Assembly (NCBI RefSeq): GCF_001194135.2 | Contig: NC_068999.1 | Span: 36,997,374 to 37,061,373 of the forward strand | DNA from: Octopus bimaculoides | Taxonomy: Eukaryota | Length of the DNA stretch: 64,000 nucleotides | Reading direction: 5' to 3' | Shown: piece after piece, positions 26,430-39,781 of the stretch | Layout: the number at the start of each line of letters is the position of its first letter | How positions within the stretch are numbered: the first letter of the stretch is position 1 | The notes under the pieces: generated by a model | What the model saw: the letters and a program-made list of their open reading frames with translations, nothing else | Database searches by the model: none | Told to the model about the DNA's origin: nothing | Position numbers and translations under genes: made by a program

Positions 26430-27720
26430 TCCATACTGGAGCACCGCCTTTCAGTGTGTATGGGTTTTCTTTCTTTACTGCTTTTGCTGAAGCAGCAGGT
26501 TGGAAGGATGTACTCTTCTTTTTTGCCTCCTGCTGCAGTATAGATTCATCAGGTATTTCAAAGAAAACTGTGTCCAAATGCTCTTTGAAGATCCCCATAT
26601 CTCCACCTCACATACCTCTGAGGTTGTTTGGCAGAATGTTGAATAGTTGTGACCCCTGAAACACAAATTGTTACAGTACTGGGTTCTTATTTGAGATGGA
26701 GAAGAGAGGATATTTGGTATTATGCAGTGCTATCCAGTTCAGTAGTTGGTATTGCTTTCAGCTCCAAAATTGGGAGTTCCACCTTCCAGGATCTTGTTTC
26801 TCCCTACGGATTAGAGCTTCAGTTCCTTTAGCCTCACCCAGTAGCTCATCGTTTCATTTCATTGAGTCAATCTTCTTTATGTAGTGGAGCTGAATTGCCT
26901 CAAATTCTGCTATCAGTTTGACACTCTGTGGTGACCACAGATGGGAACAGTAATCCACATGACAGAGAATAAAAATTCTCCTCAGGAGTAGTGCTGGTTT
27001 TTTTTTTTTTTTTCTGGTTCTGAATGATTTCAGAATCCATCCAGCTACTTACCTGAATATTGCTGCCATCTTGGTAATATGTACATGGAATTTTGCATCA
27101 TTATTCATGTGGGTTCCCAGTTCATGCATGACTGGGATTACAATACCCACTGGTCCTGTGTATTCTGATTGTTGTCTATTTGTGGGCAAGTAGTGGAGTG
27201 CTTGAAACTTCTCAGCATTGTACTGCATGTTATTTTCATCAGCCCATTTGTATACTGCATGCAGTATAAAAAAGGGGTTGATGAAAATTGTTTAGCAGTT
27301 TTAGCATATCATCTGGGTCCTTGATTGCCAGTGATATTTTTGTATTATTAATGTAGCTGGTGATAGTGGCTGATTGTATGGCCAACGGAAAGTCTGAGAG
27401 GGCCACCACAAGCAGCAATGGTCCCAGTACAGTTCCTTGAGGGACTCTGCTGTAGACTGATGTCTCCCCAGGGAGAGCACCATTGGCAGAAACTGTCTAA
27501 CTTCCTTTTAGAAAGTCAAGCAGTCACCTAATTTTGCAGTGATGCCAAGGCCATGCAATGTGTAACATATCATTCCATACTTAACTTTGTCAAAGGCCTT
27601 GGCAAAACCAAGATATCACATTCAGATTTGAATAGTTGAGCTGCTGTTTCTGTACCATGACGGAATGCTATTGTAGCTGTGAGAGGCAGACCCCCCCTCC
27701 AAAAAAAAACCATGTTGCAT
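26430..27720 (-). mobile_element. CR1/L2-group LINE RT 3' fragment
   Basis: FAKAFDK, PQGTVLGP, WADENNMQYNAEKFQ and the C-terminal FKEHLDTVFFEIPDE motif. Confidence 0.85.
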
Positions 27721-27764
27721 GTTTGTGAGCAAGTTATTTTCTTCTAGGAATGTGATCAGCCTCC

Positions 27765-27796
<32 letters not shown>

Positions 27797-28289
27797 NNNN
27801 NNNNNNNNNNNNNNNNNNNNNNNNNNNNNNNNNNNNNNNNNNNNNNNNNNNNNNNNNNNNNNNNNNNNNNNNNNNNNNNNNNNNNNNNNNNNNNNNNNNN
27901 NNNNNNNNNNNNNNNNNNNNNNNNNNNNNNNNNNNNNNNNNNNNNNNNNNNNNNNNNNNNNNNNNNNNNNNNNNNNNNNNNNNNNNNNNNNNNNNNNNNN
28001 NNNNNNNNNNNNNNNNNNNNNNNNNNNNNNNNNNNNNNNNNNNNNNNNNNNNNNNNNNNNNNNNNNNNNNNNNNNNNNNNNNNNNNNNNNNNNNNNNNNN
28101 NNNNNNNNNNNNNNNNNNNNNNNNNNNNNNNNNNNNNNNNNNNNNNNNNNNNNNNNNNNNNNNNNNNNNNNNNNNNNNNNNNNNNNNNNNNNNNNNNNNN
28201 NNNNNNNNNNNNNNNNNNNNNNNNNNNNNNNNNNNNNNNNNNNNNNNNNNNNNNNNNNNNNNNNNNNNNNNNNNNNNNNNNNNNNNNNN

Positions 28290-28990
28290 GATCACTGTAA
28301 AAATTCTTGATATCAAGAGTGAAGAGAAGTTTCAAGGGGCCAGGAGAGAAAAAGAAAGAGTTGAAGAGATGGAGAACATGGTTAGTGTCACAGATGTGGG
28401 AGTGGAGGGAAGCCACTAGGGGGCCAAGGACATGGTCGAGGTATTTTGAGATCATTTCCGTGGGGCAGTTACAGGCAGAGACAATGGGGCAACTAGGGTT
28501 GTTGGCCTTGTGGATTTTGGGAAGGAAATAAATGATGGTAGGGTGTATAGAGTGCAGACAATGAGGTTTGAGGTGGTGAGAGGGAGATGGGAAGAGGAGA
28601 TGAGGTTATGGATAGTGGAGGACATAGTCTGTTGTTAGGCATGGCGCTGGAAGGCAGAGGGGAAAAGGAAGAGGTGTCTTGAAGTTGGCGGAGAGGTTCA
28701 GCCTTGTAGAGGTCTGCATGCCATACCATCACAGCTTCACTCTCATCAGCCAGTTATATGATGATGTCTTGGAAGCGTTGAAGAAATCAAAAGGCTGAGT
28801 GTTTGGCTGGGGAGATGTTAAAATTTCGGGGACACCTGCGAAAGTTAAACCAGTCCTCGACACACAGGCAGATGCTTGGAACTAGCCAGGAGCTGGTGTC
28901 CAGTGGAATGGTCTGTGGCCCAGGTAAGTGAAGCAGTCCTCTTCATTAGATGCAGATGGAGTGTTGTGGAATACCAAATTACACTTACAT
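28290..28990 (-). mobile_element. Penelope-like element RT fragment
   Basis: VVWHADLYKAE..RQLQD; ISKYLDHVLGPLVASLHSHICDTNHVL...LFTLDIKNFY; runs into an N-gap. Confidence 0.85.
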
Positions 28991-29317
28991 GTTATTGATC
29001 AACATTAAACTACAACAGAATGTATTGAATCAGTCTGAGGCTACAGTAGAAAATATAGCTCGCTACTGGGCAGAGGTAGAAAAGTATTGTTCAAAATGAA
29101 TTTACAGCAGAAGGTATTATTCAATATGAGGCAGGAGTTGAAGGAATAACTCAATATGAGGTGGAGGTAGAAAGTATAACTCAGCATCAAGCTACAGTAT
29201 ACAATGTTGTAAATTGAATCAAGCATAGATCTTTGTGAATGTAAAACAAACCTTTTATCCAAATGGCCATACTTGCACCAGATTTTCATCTGTTATTCTG
29301 GTTTTCTTTTTGTAAAG

Positions 29318-29410
29318 AACTGGTTACTTGCCTGCCTCAGCAATTCGAAGAATAATGTTAGGTCAAAAATTTCCAATCTCAAAGGATTTACTGGATCACC
29401 TTCTACAAGG
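29318..29410 (+). CDS. EFHC2: EFHC2 penultimate exon
   Basis: ttttgtaaag/gtaagt, 93 nt, phase 2/2; TGYLPASAIRRIMLGQKFPISKDLLDHLLQG completes an EF-hand-like loop DRSETGYL. Confidence 0.85.
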
Positions 29411-29719
29411 GTAAGTGGAATTTACAGGTATTTGATTTTTTTAATTTTTTAAATCTTTGCTGAGAAGTTCACTTGCCAACTGTGTGGTTTCACGTTCCAT
29501 CCTTCAAAAAAGCACTCTATGCAAATGTCTTCTTTGATAACCATAGATTGGGAATGCCTTTTGAATGAAATTCTGTAAATGGCAACCTACCATATACATG
29601 CAAACACACATAGGTGCCTTGATATATCTATATCTTTCCATCGATCTATACATATAAATAAATATGGCTGGCTTGTTAGCAATTTTTAAACCAAAAGACA
29701 AATATTTATATGTCGCTAA

Positions 29720-29844
29720 AGCAACTGTGAGTGCTATTCAGCACCAGTATTGCTAGAAATAAGAGTTAAAACAACTCATAGTGACTACGAGTTGTTTCTA
29801 CTCTTATTTCTAGCAATACTGGTGCTGAATAGTGCCCTCAGTTG

Positions 29845-29846
<2 letters not shown>
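29720..29846. repeat. 62-bp-arm inverted repeat (foldback/MITE-like hairpin)
   Basis: Arms 29720-29781 and 29785-29846, 3-nt loop, about 7 non-Watson-Crick positions. Confidence 0.85.
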
Positions 29847-29902
<56 letters not shown>

Positions 29903-30128
29903 TCAAATTAGAAGAATGAAGAATTTGAACTTTGAAACTTTGTTAATTTCCAGTTAGAATAAACGTCTGACAAACGTTTCAGTTGCTTCACACATATTCA
30001 TATGCAGCGATTTATGGATTATTGGTGCAATCTCTTCGGGGTGAATGAATTTGACATCGTTTGAAGAGGAATTTTCCTCAATTACTTTGAGTTATGTTTT
30101 GTTAGAGTCTGGTCTCTGACAATAACAG

Positions 30129-30162
<34 letters not shown>

Positions 30163-30634
30163 TATGATGGGCTTCTTTCAGTTTCTGTCTATGGAATCTA
30201 CCAAATCCATTCACAAGGCTTTAGTTGGCCTAAGGCCATAGTAGAAGATACTTGCCCAAGATGTTACATAGTCGGATTGAACCTGGTGCCATGTTGTTTA
30301 GAAGCAAACTTCTTACCAAGCAAGATTGTCTGTGGAAGACCTGCAGTCACAGATGCAGACCGGTCTCCCCACCTCTCCACATCACAAATGTTGTCCAAAG
30401 GAAAGACAAAAGCTGATACAACTCAGTGCCAGAGACATTGCAACTCATTTCTAGAACTGAGCAAACTGGAACAACATGAAATAAAGTGTCTTGCTCAAGA
30501 ACACAACACACTACCCTGTCCAGGAATTGAACTCCCAACTGATTCTAAGCCTGATGTTCTAATCACTAAGCCATGTGCCAACAAATACATACATGCATAC
30601 GTATGTGTGTGTGTGTATGTATTTGTATATACAT

Positions 30635-31760
30635 ATCATCATCATCATCGTTTTAACATCTGATTTTCATGCTGGCATGGGTTGAACGGTTTGACTGAGG
30701 ACTAGCAAACCAGGAGACTGCACCAGGCTCCAATCTGATCTGGCAAGGTTTCGACAGCTGGATACCCTACCAAACGCCAACTACTCTGACATTTTAGTGG
30801 GTGCTTTTTATGTGCCACTAACACGGGGTCATTCAGGCAGCACTGGCATAGACCAAACTTGAATGGTGCATTTTACGTGCTACTGAAACAGGAGCCAGTC
30901 AAGTGGTACTGGCATCAGCCACGACAATCAATCAATCTTATTTGGCTCACCAGGTTCTTCTCAAGCACAACATCTCCAAAGATCTTGGTCACTTGTCATT
31001 GCCTCTGTGAGGCCCAACATTCAAACGTCATGTTTCACCACCTCATCTCAGATATTCCTGTGTCTACCTCTTCTGCAGGTCCCACCTCTTTTAGGGTGTG
31101 ATACTACTTCACACAGCTGTCCTCATCCATACATAACACATGACCATACCAGCGCAATTGCCTCCCTTGCACACCACATCTGATGCTTCTTATGTCCAAC
31201 TTTTCTCTCAGGTCGCTTACACTCTGTCATGTATGCACACTGACATTACACATTCAGCAGAGCATACTAACTTCATTTCTTTCAAGCCAATGCATTTCCT
31301 CAGCAGTTGCAGCACATTTTTCACTACCATATAGCATGGCTGTTCGCACACATGCACCATACAGTCTACCTTTCAGTCCAAGTGAGAGGTCCTTTGTTAC
31401 CAGTAGAGGTAGGAGCTTTGTGAACTTTGCCCAGCCTATTCTTATTCTAGTAGCTATACTCTCAGAGCATCCACCACTGCTACTGATTTGATCACCTAGG
31501 TAACAGAAGCTGTCAAATACTTCTAGTCACACTCCACCCCCCACCCCGGCATGTGATGGAAGCTGTTTTATGCACATTTCCAGTGTTTGTTGCCCATCTG
31601 CCACACACAAAAACTATCTTCCCAGTTAACCTTCCTTTGAAATTGCTGCAGCTCTTATGAGTCCATAGCTTACACCAGGTACATCTTATGAAGTTTCTAC
31701 CTATGCCTTTATCAAGCAGGGCCATCAACCTAAAGAGATTTGTGGTTTGTCTATTTTCTT
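30635..31760 (-). mobile_element. RTE-clade LINE, 5'-truncated, with (GAT)n tail
   Basis: CTWCKLWTHKSC finger, LPLLVTK.LSL..KGRLYGACVRTAMLYGSE, 3' UTR ending in (CAT)n on +. Confidence 0.85.
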
Positions 31761-31881
31761 ACTAAGACTTTTGACTTTGCTAGATTTTGTCTTTGCTAAG
31801 GCCCTTCGATTCTTGACCTTGCTTCCACACCTGAAATTTCTCTTCTAGTTCTGGTAATAACTCAGCTATTAGAAAGGTCTA

Positions 31882-31887
<6 letters not shown>

Positions 31888-31950
<63 letters not shown>
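31888..31950. repeat. (TA)n microsatellite, one of many (TA)n, (GT)n, (CT)n and (AAT)n tracts
   Basis: Direct reading; similar tracts at about 13612, 24425, 24857, 25688, 29847, 35368, 53360, 61745 and 63960. Confidence 0.95.
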
Positions 31951-31951
<1 letters not shown>

Positions 31952-34348
31952 TGCAGGTATAGACATTCTCACATGCATTCGTATATTGAAATGCTTGTGT
32001 GTGTATTCAATATATCATCATCATCATCATTTAACATCTGTTGTCCATGCTGGCATAAGTTAGATGGTTGATCAGTTAGGAGGCTGCACCAGACTTCAGT
32101 CTGATCTGGCATGGTTTTCTACAGCTGGTTGCCCTTCCTAATGCTAACCACTCCAAGAGTGTAATGGGTGTTTTTATGTGCAACTGGTACAGGTGCCATT
32201 TGTGTGACACTGATATCTGTCATGACTGCGATTTTGTTTAGCTTGATGGGTCTCCTTCTCAAGCATGACATAATGCCAAAGGCCTCGGCCATTGCCTCCA
32301 TGAGGCCCAGCACTCAAGAGAAACTCAGCCACTTTGCCTTCGTGAGGCTCAATACTCGAAAGCAACTCAGTCACTTTACCTCTGTGATACTCAATGTTCA
32401 AATGGTGCTTTTAAATATTCAAATATATGAATGTATGTGAGTGTGTGTATTTTGGTAGCAGTGCTGTGGCTGGTGGTTATAACTTGTCTCAATCTTTTTT
32501 TAAGTATTTCATACAGTGTTATCTTTAAGAAGCCAGTTGATTGATTGCTAGATTCAAGGAAGGCACCTTTATATTGTAGCTTGATGTACAAGGAAAAGTT
32601 AACAAATATACTTCAGATGACACTCTTTTGTCTGAATATGAGTGCAGGCATGGTTGTGTGCTTCAGAGATTTGCTTCACTATGACATAGTTTAAGGTTCA
32701 ATTCCATTGCATGGCACTTTGAACAAGTGTCTCCCACTATAATTCTCAGTGTCAAATTTCAGAGACAGAAAGATTGTGAGAATCTATAGAAGTAACTACT
32801 CTTCCTTTTGAATGGTAGACTATCCATTATCCAGTCTATTTAAAACTCTCACATGGCCCTTTGGTGCCTTTATCAGAATCCATTCTGTTGCAAGAATTTT
32901 GACCTGGTCTCTGCTTCCTTTCAGCTGTCTTGGAGCTTTCTATAAACTTACAGAGACTGTATTCTCCAATAGCGAATACATTTGATGGTAGAGTTCCATA
33001 TATACTATATCTGGAAAAAAAACTTAATTTTTTGTTCTTTGTCACTCGCTGAAAAAGGGGCATTTTTCATAATTGTTGGAATGTCTCCAATACTGGTGAG
33101 GTTGATGCTGTTAAATGTTAAAATCTAACACTGCAAAAAAGACATGGGCAAGAAGAGGAAATTCCAGAGGCTGATGTTACAGAGAGCAAAGACTAGGAAT
33201 TCTGGTGAGATGACAGGGGTAGTGAGAGATAGAGAGAAAAGTGGGTTGGGAGTTAGTCATTGCTGGAATGTCTTTGATTATAAGTTAACTTGTTCTGGGA
33301 AGTTGCACAGTTAAACAAAAATATGTAAAAGCAGGAGAATCTTTACCAGTTAATTTCACATGCTAGTAAAAGCAATTGAATGTCTCTCAGATCTCATCCT
33401 ATTGTCTTTAAAAAATGAGAACACAGTGGATAGTGTGTCGTTGGATAATATCCTTCTGAAGGCATGCGGCTGAAGATGGTGCCCCAGCATAGCTCTAGTT
33501 CAATGACTGAGACAAAAGAATTAGTTTTCGATACACTCTAGACAAGATGGTCGAAGCTGGAACGTCTCTCATTATAAATCCTCTTAATTAAAACTCATGT
33601 AGGTTATAGATGCCAACATCCATAAGATGAGACAACAAAAATACCTCCATGAGGATCAATGAAATTGCTAAAAATAATAGCTTAGATTAGTTTTGAATTG
33701 AATTTCCTTAAATTAATTTAATTCTTTATTTTAATCAAGTTATTCAATTTATTTTTCATCTAAGTAGTATTTAATATAAATACATTGAGATCCAAGTTAC
33801 AACCCCATGATGGTGATCTATACTGAGACAATGCATCCACAACCTAGCCATACCTAATCCTATCTAAGATGCAATTCCAGTCCTTTATTAATACTAAAGA
33901 GCAAGATGTTCCAGGGATGTTGAAGAAACTTGAAGACATCCTGTCATTTTAACCAAGATGAAGCATGCATGGTTTCTAGTCAGATTGGTCAATTAGTTTT
34001 TAAATTCTTGTACAATGAAAAGTTTGATTTGGACTGATAACAAATTTAAATGTTACAAGGGATTTAGATTCGGTCTTTACTAATATTTCTACCAAATACT
34101 AGCCCCCAATGAATTGTATATCTTTAAGACAAGCATTATCTGAAAAGAAAAGTTGTCCTCCAATGACAAACACAACAGTGATTCACATATTTGCTTTTGA
34201 AACTGCATGAATGTATTAATAATGAATATGTACATTATCGTATAGATTCTCATTATTTTCCATGCACATGATTATTCATCATAATAATTATATATCACAA
34301 ATAATTATATACCACATTTATTCCTGTTCTATCTCCTGATTTTTTTAG

Positions 34349-34541
34349 GTTCACTAATGAGGAATGTTCTATTGAGTACGAAGAGCTTGTTAGTAAAATT
34401 GACTGGCAAGCACATCAACTTTCACAAATTGTGGATGGAGATACAAATCTGCTGAATGTAATGAAAAGCAAGGTGGTAGTTGATGATGTGGCATATGAAC
34501 AGCTGATTAATGCTCTCTACCCAGATGAAGAATTACAGTAG
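34349..34541 (+). CDS. EFHC2: EFHC2 terminal coding exon with stop
   Basis: tttttttag acceptor, phase 2; FTNEECSIEYEELVSKIDWQ...VDDVAYEQLINALYPDEELQ-TAG; closes a phase-consistent nine-exon chain. Confidence 0.82.
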
Positions 34542-34817
34542 TTTCACGAGTGTGTTATGCAACATGTATTTTATGTGTACACGTGGATGTATGTGTATAC
34601 ATATGCATGCATGTACACACACACACACTCACACATATGAGTGAGTGGACAAACAAAAGAATGACACTCAACATATTTACTGGCAGTTACATGTATGGAT
34701 CAAAACAGCTTTGATTCAAGTTTGTTGTTTCTGAGTTTCAAGTGTGATGCTAATCTTCAGCCATTTTCAGCCGTTGGAATACCAATGAATTTGAATAAAA
34801 CTATTTTGATACATCCA

Positions 34818-34852
<35 letters not shown>

Positions 34853-35380
34853 TATAGGTTTTTCATTGAGTTTACTATGGTTATTTGTAGTGTTTGTTAG
34901 AAGGGAAATCATACTTTTAATTTTTTCAACTCCTACAGAACGAATTCTGTATACATAGAAATACATATAAATACACATAAACACATATATTCATACACAC
35001 ACACATGCATATAAATACACAGGTACACACATGAGAATTATGTGTGTGCTTGTGAATGTGTTGGAGGAAAAATATACATAATGTAGGATAGCTAGGCAGG
35101 TAGAGTGGAATAAATGAACATACATATCTATACATACATTTGAGTTTGCATTGGAAATAACAGGATTTCAGAATAAATATTAGATTATACGTTCAAGATT
35201 TCAAACTCTTTAGGGTCATCTTTGTCTTACTTTGTTTGAAGGTCAATAAAATAAATACCTGTCATTTACCTGAGTTGATTCAATCAAATCATATAAATTT
35301 GATACCTTGTACCACTAACATAAGCATTTCATCCAGCATGCTTATGATTCTGCCAGCTTGCTCCCTTAATAATAATGATG

Positions 35381-35414
<34 letters not shown>

Positions 35415-36099
35415 TGATGATGACCACAAAAGTAGAAGGTGGGGTGAGCACCATTTTTAATAATGCTTGCTTGGAAATTTCTGGTTAACAGGCACTAATC
35501 CTCAGTTACTATAATGAAGCTCTCTGTTTCTGATTTGAATACAGATATTTTAGTTCAGATATGACCACTGATGGATCATATCTGAACCAACATCAGGATT
35601 GCTGGTAGGAACATTGCCACATCGGATAAAATACTTAGCATTTCTTTCAGATTTACACTGTGATTTCAAATTCTGCCAAAGTCAATTTTGTCTTTCATCT
35701 TTTCAGGGTAAATGAAATAAATACCAGTTGGACACTGGGTTAAATATTTGGCTCATCTTCTCCACCAAAATTTCAGGCCTTACACCTTTGTAAAAAGAAT
35801 TTATCATTATTATTATTATTATTATTATGGCTGCCATACTGTGAAGTCACATAAATTTGGTGCTCCGTAAGTTGAAAAAGTATTTGTAATCTTTTCAGCC
35901 TTCAAAGGCCCCATTTTTGTCATTTCTATTGTCACCATTACATTTCTCAGATTATCTGGACTGTACAGATAGTAATTTTGTGTAGAAATATCCCCCTTTT
36001 TGCAGGGGGTGCACTTCTATAAAGTTTGAATTTTAACTGCTTTCAATAAAAGCAAATATTTTGGAATATTCTGTAATTATTTCAAAAGGCATCATAATG

Positions 36100-37240
36100 T
36101 TCAACAACGATAATTACTTCTTTTATTGGCTGCAAGGACTAATATAAAGATACATAAAATGAGATGACACAAGTATGAATGCCAGTGGGTTTTCAAATCA
36201 ATTAAACATTATAAACAACAATAAAAAATTAAACAAAATAAAACTCCCAATAGGGGAGGCACTTTAAGGTCCTTGTAGAAAAACTCAGAAAAGCCACAGG
36301 TACCTGATCAACAGGGCAAAAGCCCTTCTCCTGTTATCTTTCACAGGTGTACACTCAGAATTGGTCCTTTCACACTGGCCATTCTTCCAATATTCACCCA
36401 CCTTTGAATAAACTTGTTACAAGGCAACAATTCCCTCTCCACCCTCAACTTCCTTTTCAAGTGAAACTTGAAGAAGTCGACGAGGGCTTGGCCAAAGAGG
36501 AAAGTGTCTCACTTTAGCCGTTTCAGACAAGTCCACCATACTACTCCTTTCGCTACAGTCACCAGACAAATAAAAATTACCTGCTTCTCCTGGCCAATTG
36601 AAGGGTGACAGGGTAATCTTCACTATGGATTCAGCTGATAGCCAGGTCTGTCCTACACACAACTCCAGGTATTCGACATAAAAACCCACATGTCAGTAAT
36701 ACTCAGGCACTGGACAAGGGTGTGCAGAATGGTTTCATCATTCTAGCCGCACTACAGGCGGGACCGACTGATGGCACTTTCATGCCTGTAAAGTTTATCT
36801 CGTACAGGCAGTGGCCCTTGGTAGCACTGCTAGGCAAGGGATTTCTGGAAGTTATCCACTGACTTAAGCCCAAAAGTTCTCCAAAACAGACCAGTTGGTT
36901 GATTCTCTTTGACACCTAGAGTTTCTCTGAGAACATTGTTGCACTTCCACCCCCCCACCTAACACTCTTTAGAATGCTAGAGTGGAACTACCACCAACCA
37001 CATTGCCTGCCTGGCAGAGAGCTGTGAGCACTTGATGGCACTCAAGATGTCACGCGACCCTCCTCAGTCTACACCTAATCCAGGACTGCAGCTCAATGAA
37101 TGAGATGAGATGAGCTGCAGAAAAGTGAGTCTGACAAATGGTGGCCACACCTGCTCACCGTCAAGGAAACGCTGGAGATGCCATAGCCTGAGCGCATGTT
37201 TGCACATCAGCTGCACATTCAACTCGATGTTGAATTGATG
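36100..37240 (-). mobile_element. Tx1-like (L1 clade) LINE 3' fragment
   Basis: KHALRLWHLQRFLDGEQVWPPFV; FQKSLA.QCYQGPLPVRDKLYRH...ETILHTLVQC (zf-RVT); KFHLKRKLRVER; multiple stops. Confidence 0.85.
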
Positions 37241-37266
37241 TCTTTCATTATTTCTTTGTTTTATTA

Positions 37267-37579
37267 TGTAGTGGCGCGTGTGGCCGCCATCTTGGGAAGT
37301 GCCATTGCGCATGTGCAAGGGACTTGCCGTCAGCGGAAGTACCCGAATACGCATACGCAATGCAACAGGTTGAGAGAAAGCTACAGCGTCCGATCTCTTC
37401 TCCCTCTAGCAGCGGTGGTGACAACACGTATCTCCCAACTCGACCTCGATATGTGGTCGAAGCTTCTTTGGTATTCTAGCGGCATGCCTATTCACCCAGG
37501 AACGAAACGGCTCTACACCAACCGAGAATAAACTATTGATCTGTTGTTACCGTTATCCCTCGTGTTGTTGTATTTCTGG
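37267..37579 (+). repeat. 5' LTR-like direct repeat (313 bp)
   Basis: Starts TGTAGTGG; AATAAA followed by a GT-rich tract; colinear with 41517-41829, 12 substitutions and no indels. Confidence 0.85.
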
Positions 37580-37589
37580 TGTTGAGCAC

Positions 37590-38933
37590 CAGTCTTTTTG
37601 GAATTTGAGTTGTCGATAACGTAGAGTTTTTTATGTGAGTTGCGAAGTTGAGTATTTTTTGTTGTAAAATTGAGTGTCAATCATTGGTGTTAATTGTTGA
37701 TATTGTTCGTGTTTTTTTTTGTGTCTTCCCGTTGTGGAAAATGGAGNNNNNNNNNNNNNNNNNNNNNNNNNNNNNNNNNNNNNNNNNNNNNNNNNNNNNN
37801 NNNNNNNNNNNNNNNNNNNNNNNNNNNNNNNNNNNNNNNNNNNNNNNNNNNNNNNNNNNNNNNNNNNNNNNNNNNNNNNNNNNNNNNNNNNNNNNNNNNN
37901 NNNNNNNNNNNNNNNNNNNNNNNNNNNNNNNNNNNNNNNNNNNNNNNNNNNNNNNNNNNNNNNNNNNNNNNNNNNNNNNNNNNNNNNNNNNNNNNNNNNN
38001 NNNNNNNNNNNNNNNNNNNNNNNNNNNNNNNNNNNNNNNNNNNNNNNNNNNNNNNNNNNNNNNNNNNNNNNNNNNNNNNNNNNNNNNNNNNNNNNNNNNN
38101 NNNNNNNNNNNNNNNNNNNNNNNNNNNNNNNNNNNNNNNNNNNNNNNNNNNNNNNNNNNNNNNNNNNNNNNNNNNNNNNNNNNNNNNNNNNNNNNNNNNN
38201 NNNNNNNNNNNNNNNNNNNNNNNNNNNNNNNNNNNNNNNNNNNNNNNNNNNNNNNNNNNNNNNNNNNNNNNNNNNNNNNNNNNNNNNNNNNNNNNNNNNN
38301 NNNNNNNNNNNNNNNNNNNNNNNNNNNNNNGCAAACTACCCCCAGAACTAGATGAAGCATGGCTCATGACAGCAATAAAATACAACATGAAGGAAGAGGC
38401 CAAGATATTGAAGGCCACAAGAACAAAGAGTGTGGATTATTGGGGATATGGAATCGAACTGACTATCCAGGCAACAGTGGAAGACCTTAATAGAATTGAC
38501 GAGGAGATAGCGCTACCTGACGACCAAACATTAAGAGTGAAAGTGGAGGGCAGGCCGCCTACATGTTTTGCACGTGGCGAGAAAGGCCACATGAAGGCGA
38601 GATGCCCGCAGAGAGAACCAACAGAAAAACAGGAAGACACGAACCAGGTAGTACAGACAGAGACAGAAGAAAATACAACGGAGGAGGGATTTACGGTAGT
38701 GGAAAGAAAACGAAGAAGGAGTTGAAGATCAAACTCACCACCAGAGAACCAGAAAAAGAAGAAAGAAGTGGAAAAGGAAGCTGTAACCAGAGGGAAGGCA
38801 GATGAAGAGGTGACGGAGAAAGAAAGAGAGAAGACAACTACTAAACAGGTGGATTTACAAGAGGAGGGAACAGCGATAATGACGCCGGTTTCCCCAGCGA
38901 AGGAAGTGGATTCGAGAGTTGAAACATCTGACG
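37590..38933 (+). mobile_element. Tx1-like LINE 5' end and ORF1 (gag-like), interrupted by N-gaps
   Basis: T-rich 5' UTR, ATG at 37741; ...LRVKVEGRPPTCFARGEKGHMKARCP (zinc knuckle with second Cys changed to Arg), then an E/K/T-rich tail. Confidence 0.75.
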
Positions 38934-39781
38934 NNNNNNNNNNNNNNNNNNNNNNNNNNNNNNNNNNNNNNNNNNNNNNNNNNNNNNNNNNNNNNNNNNN
39001 NNNNNNNNNNNNNNNNNNNNNNNNNNNNNNNNNNNNNNNNNNNNNNNNNNNNNNNNNNNNNNNNNNNNNNNNNNNNNNNNNNNNNNNNNNNNNNNNNNNN
39101 NNNNNNNNNNNNNNNNNNNNNNNNNNNNNNNNNNNNNNNNNNNNNNNNNNNNNNNNNNNNNNNNNNNNNNNNNNNNNNNNNNNNNNNNNNNNNNNNNNNN
39201 NNNNNNNNNNNNNNNNNNNNNNNNNNNNNNNNNNNNNNNNNNNNNNNNNNNNNNNNNNNNNNNNNNNNNNNNNNNNNNNNNNNNNNNNNNNNNNNNNNNN
39301 NNNNNNNNNNNNNNNNNNNNNNNNNNNNNNNNNNNNNNNNNNNNNNNNNNNNNNNNNNNNNNNNNNNNNNNNNNNNNNNNNNNNNNNNNNNNNNNNNNNN
39401 NNNNNNNNNNNNNNNNNNNNNNNNNNNNNNNNNNNNNNNNNNNNNNNNNNNNNNNNNNNNNNNNNNNNNNNNNNNNNNNNNNNNNNNNNNNNNNNNNNNN
39501 NNNNNNNNNNNNNNNNNNNNNNNNNNNNNNNNNNNNNNNNNNNNNNNNNNNNNNNNNNNNNNNNNNNNNNNNNNNNNNNNNNNNNNNNNNNNNNNNNNNN
39601 NNNNNNNNNNNNNNNNNNNNNNNNNNNNNNNNNNNNNNNNNNNNNNNNNNNNNNNNNNNNNNNNNNNNNNNNNNNNNNNNNNNNNNNNNNNNNNNNNNNN
39701 NNNNNNNNNNNNNNNNNNNNNNNNNNNNNNNNNNNNNNNNNNNNNNNNNNNNNNNNNNNNNNNNNNNNNNNNNNNNNNNNN

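Noticed and set aside
26398-26598. Stand-alone - strand ORF MGIFKEHLDTVFFEIPDE as a nested host gene
   Set aside because: It is the C-terminus of the CR1/L2-group LINE at 26430-27720.
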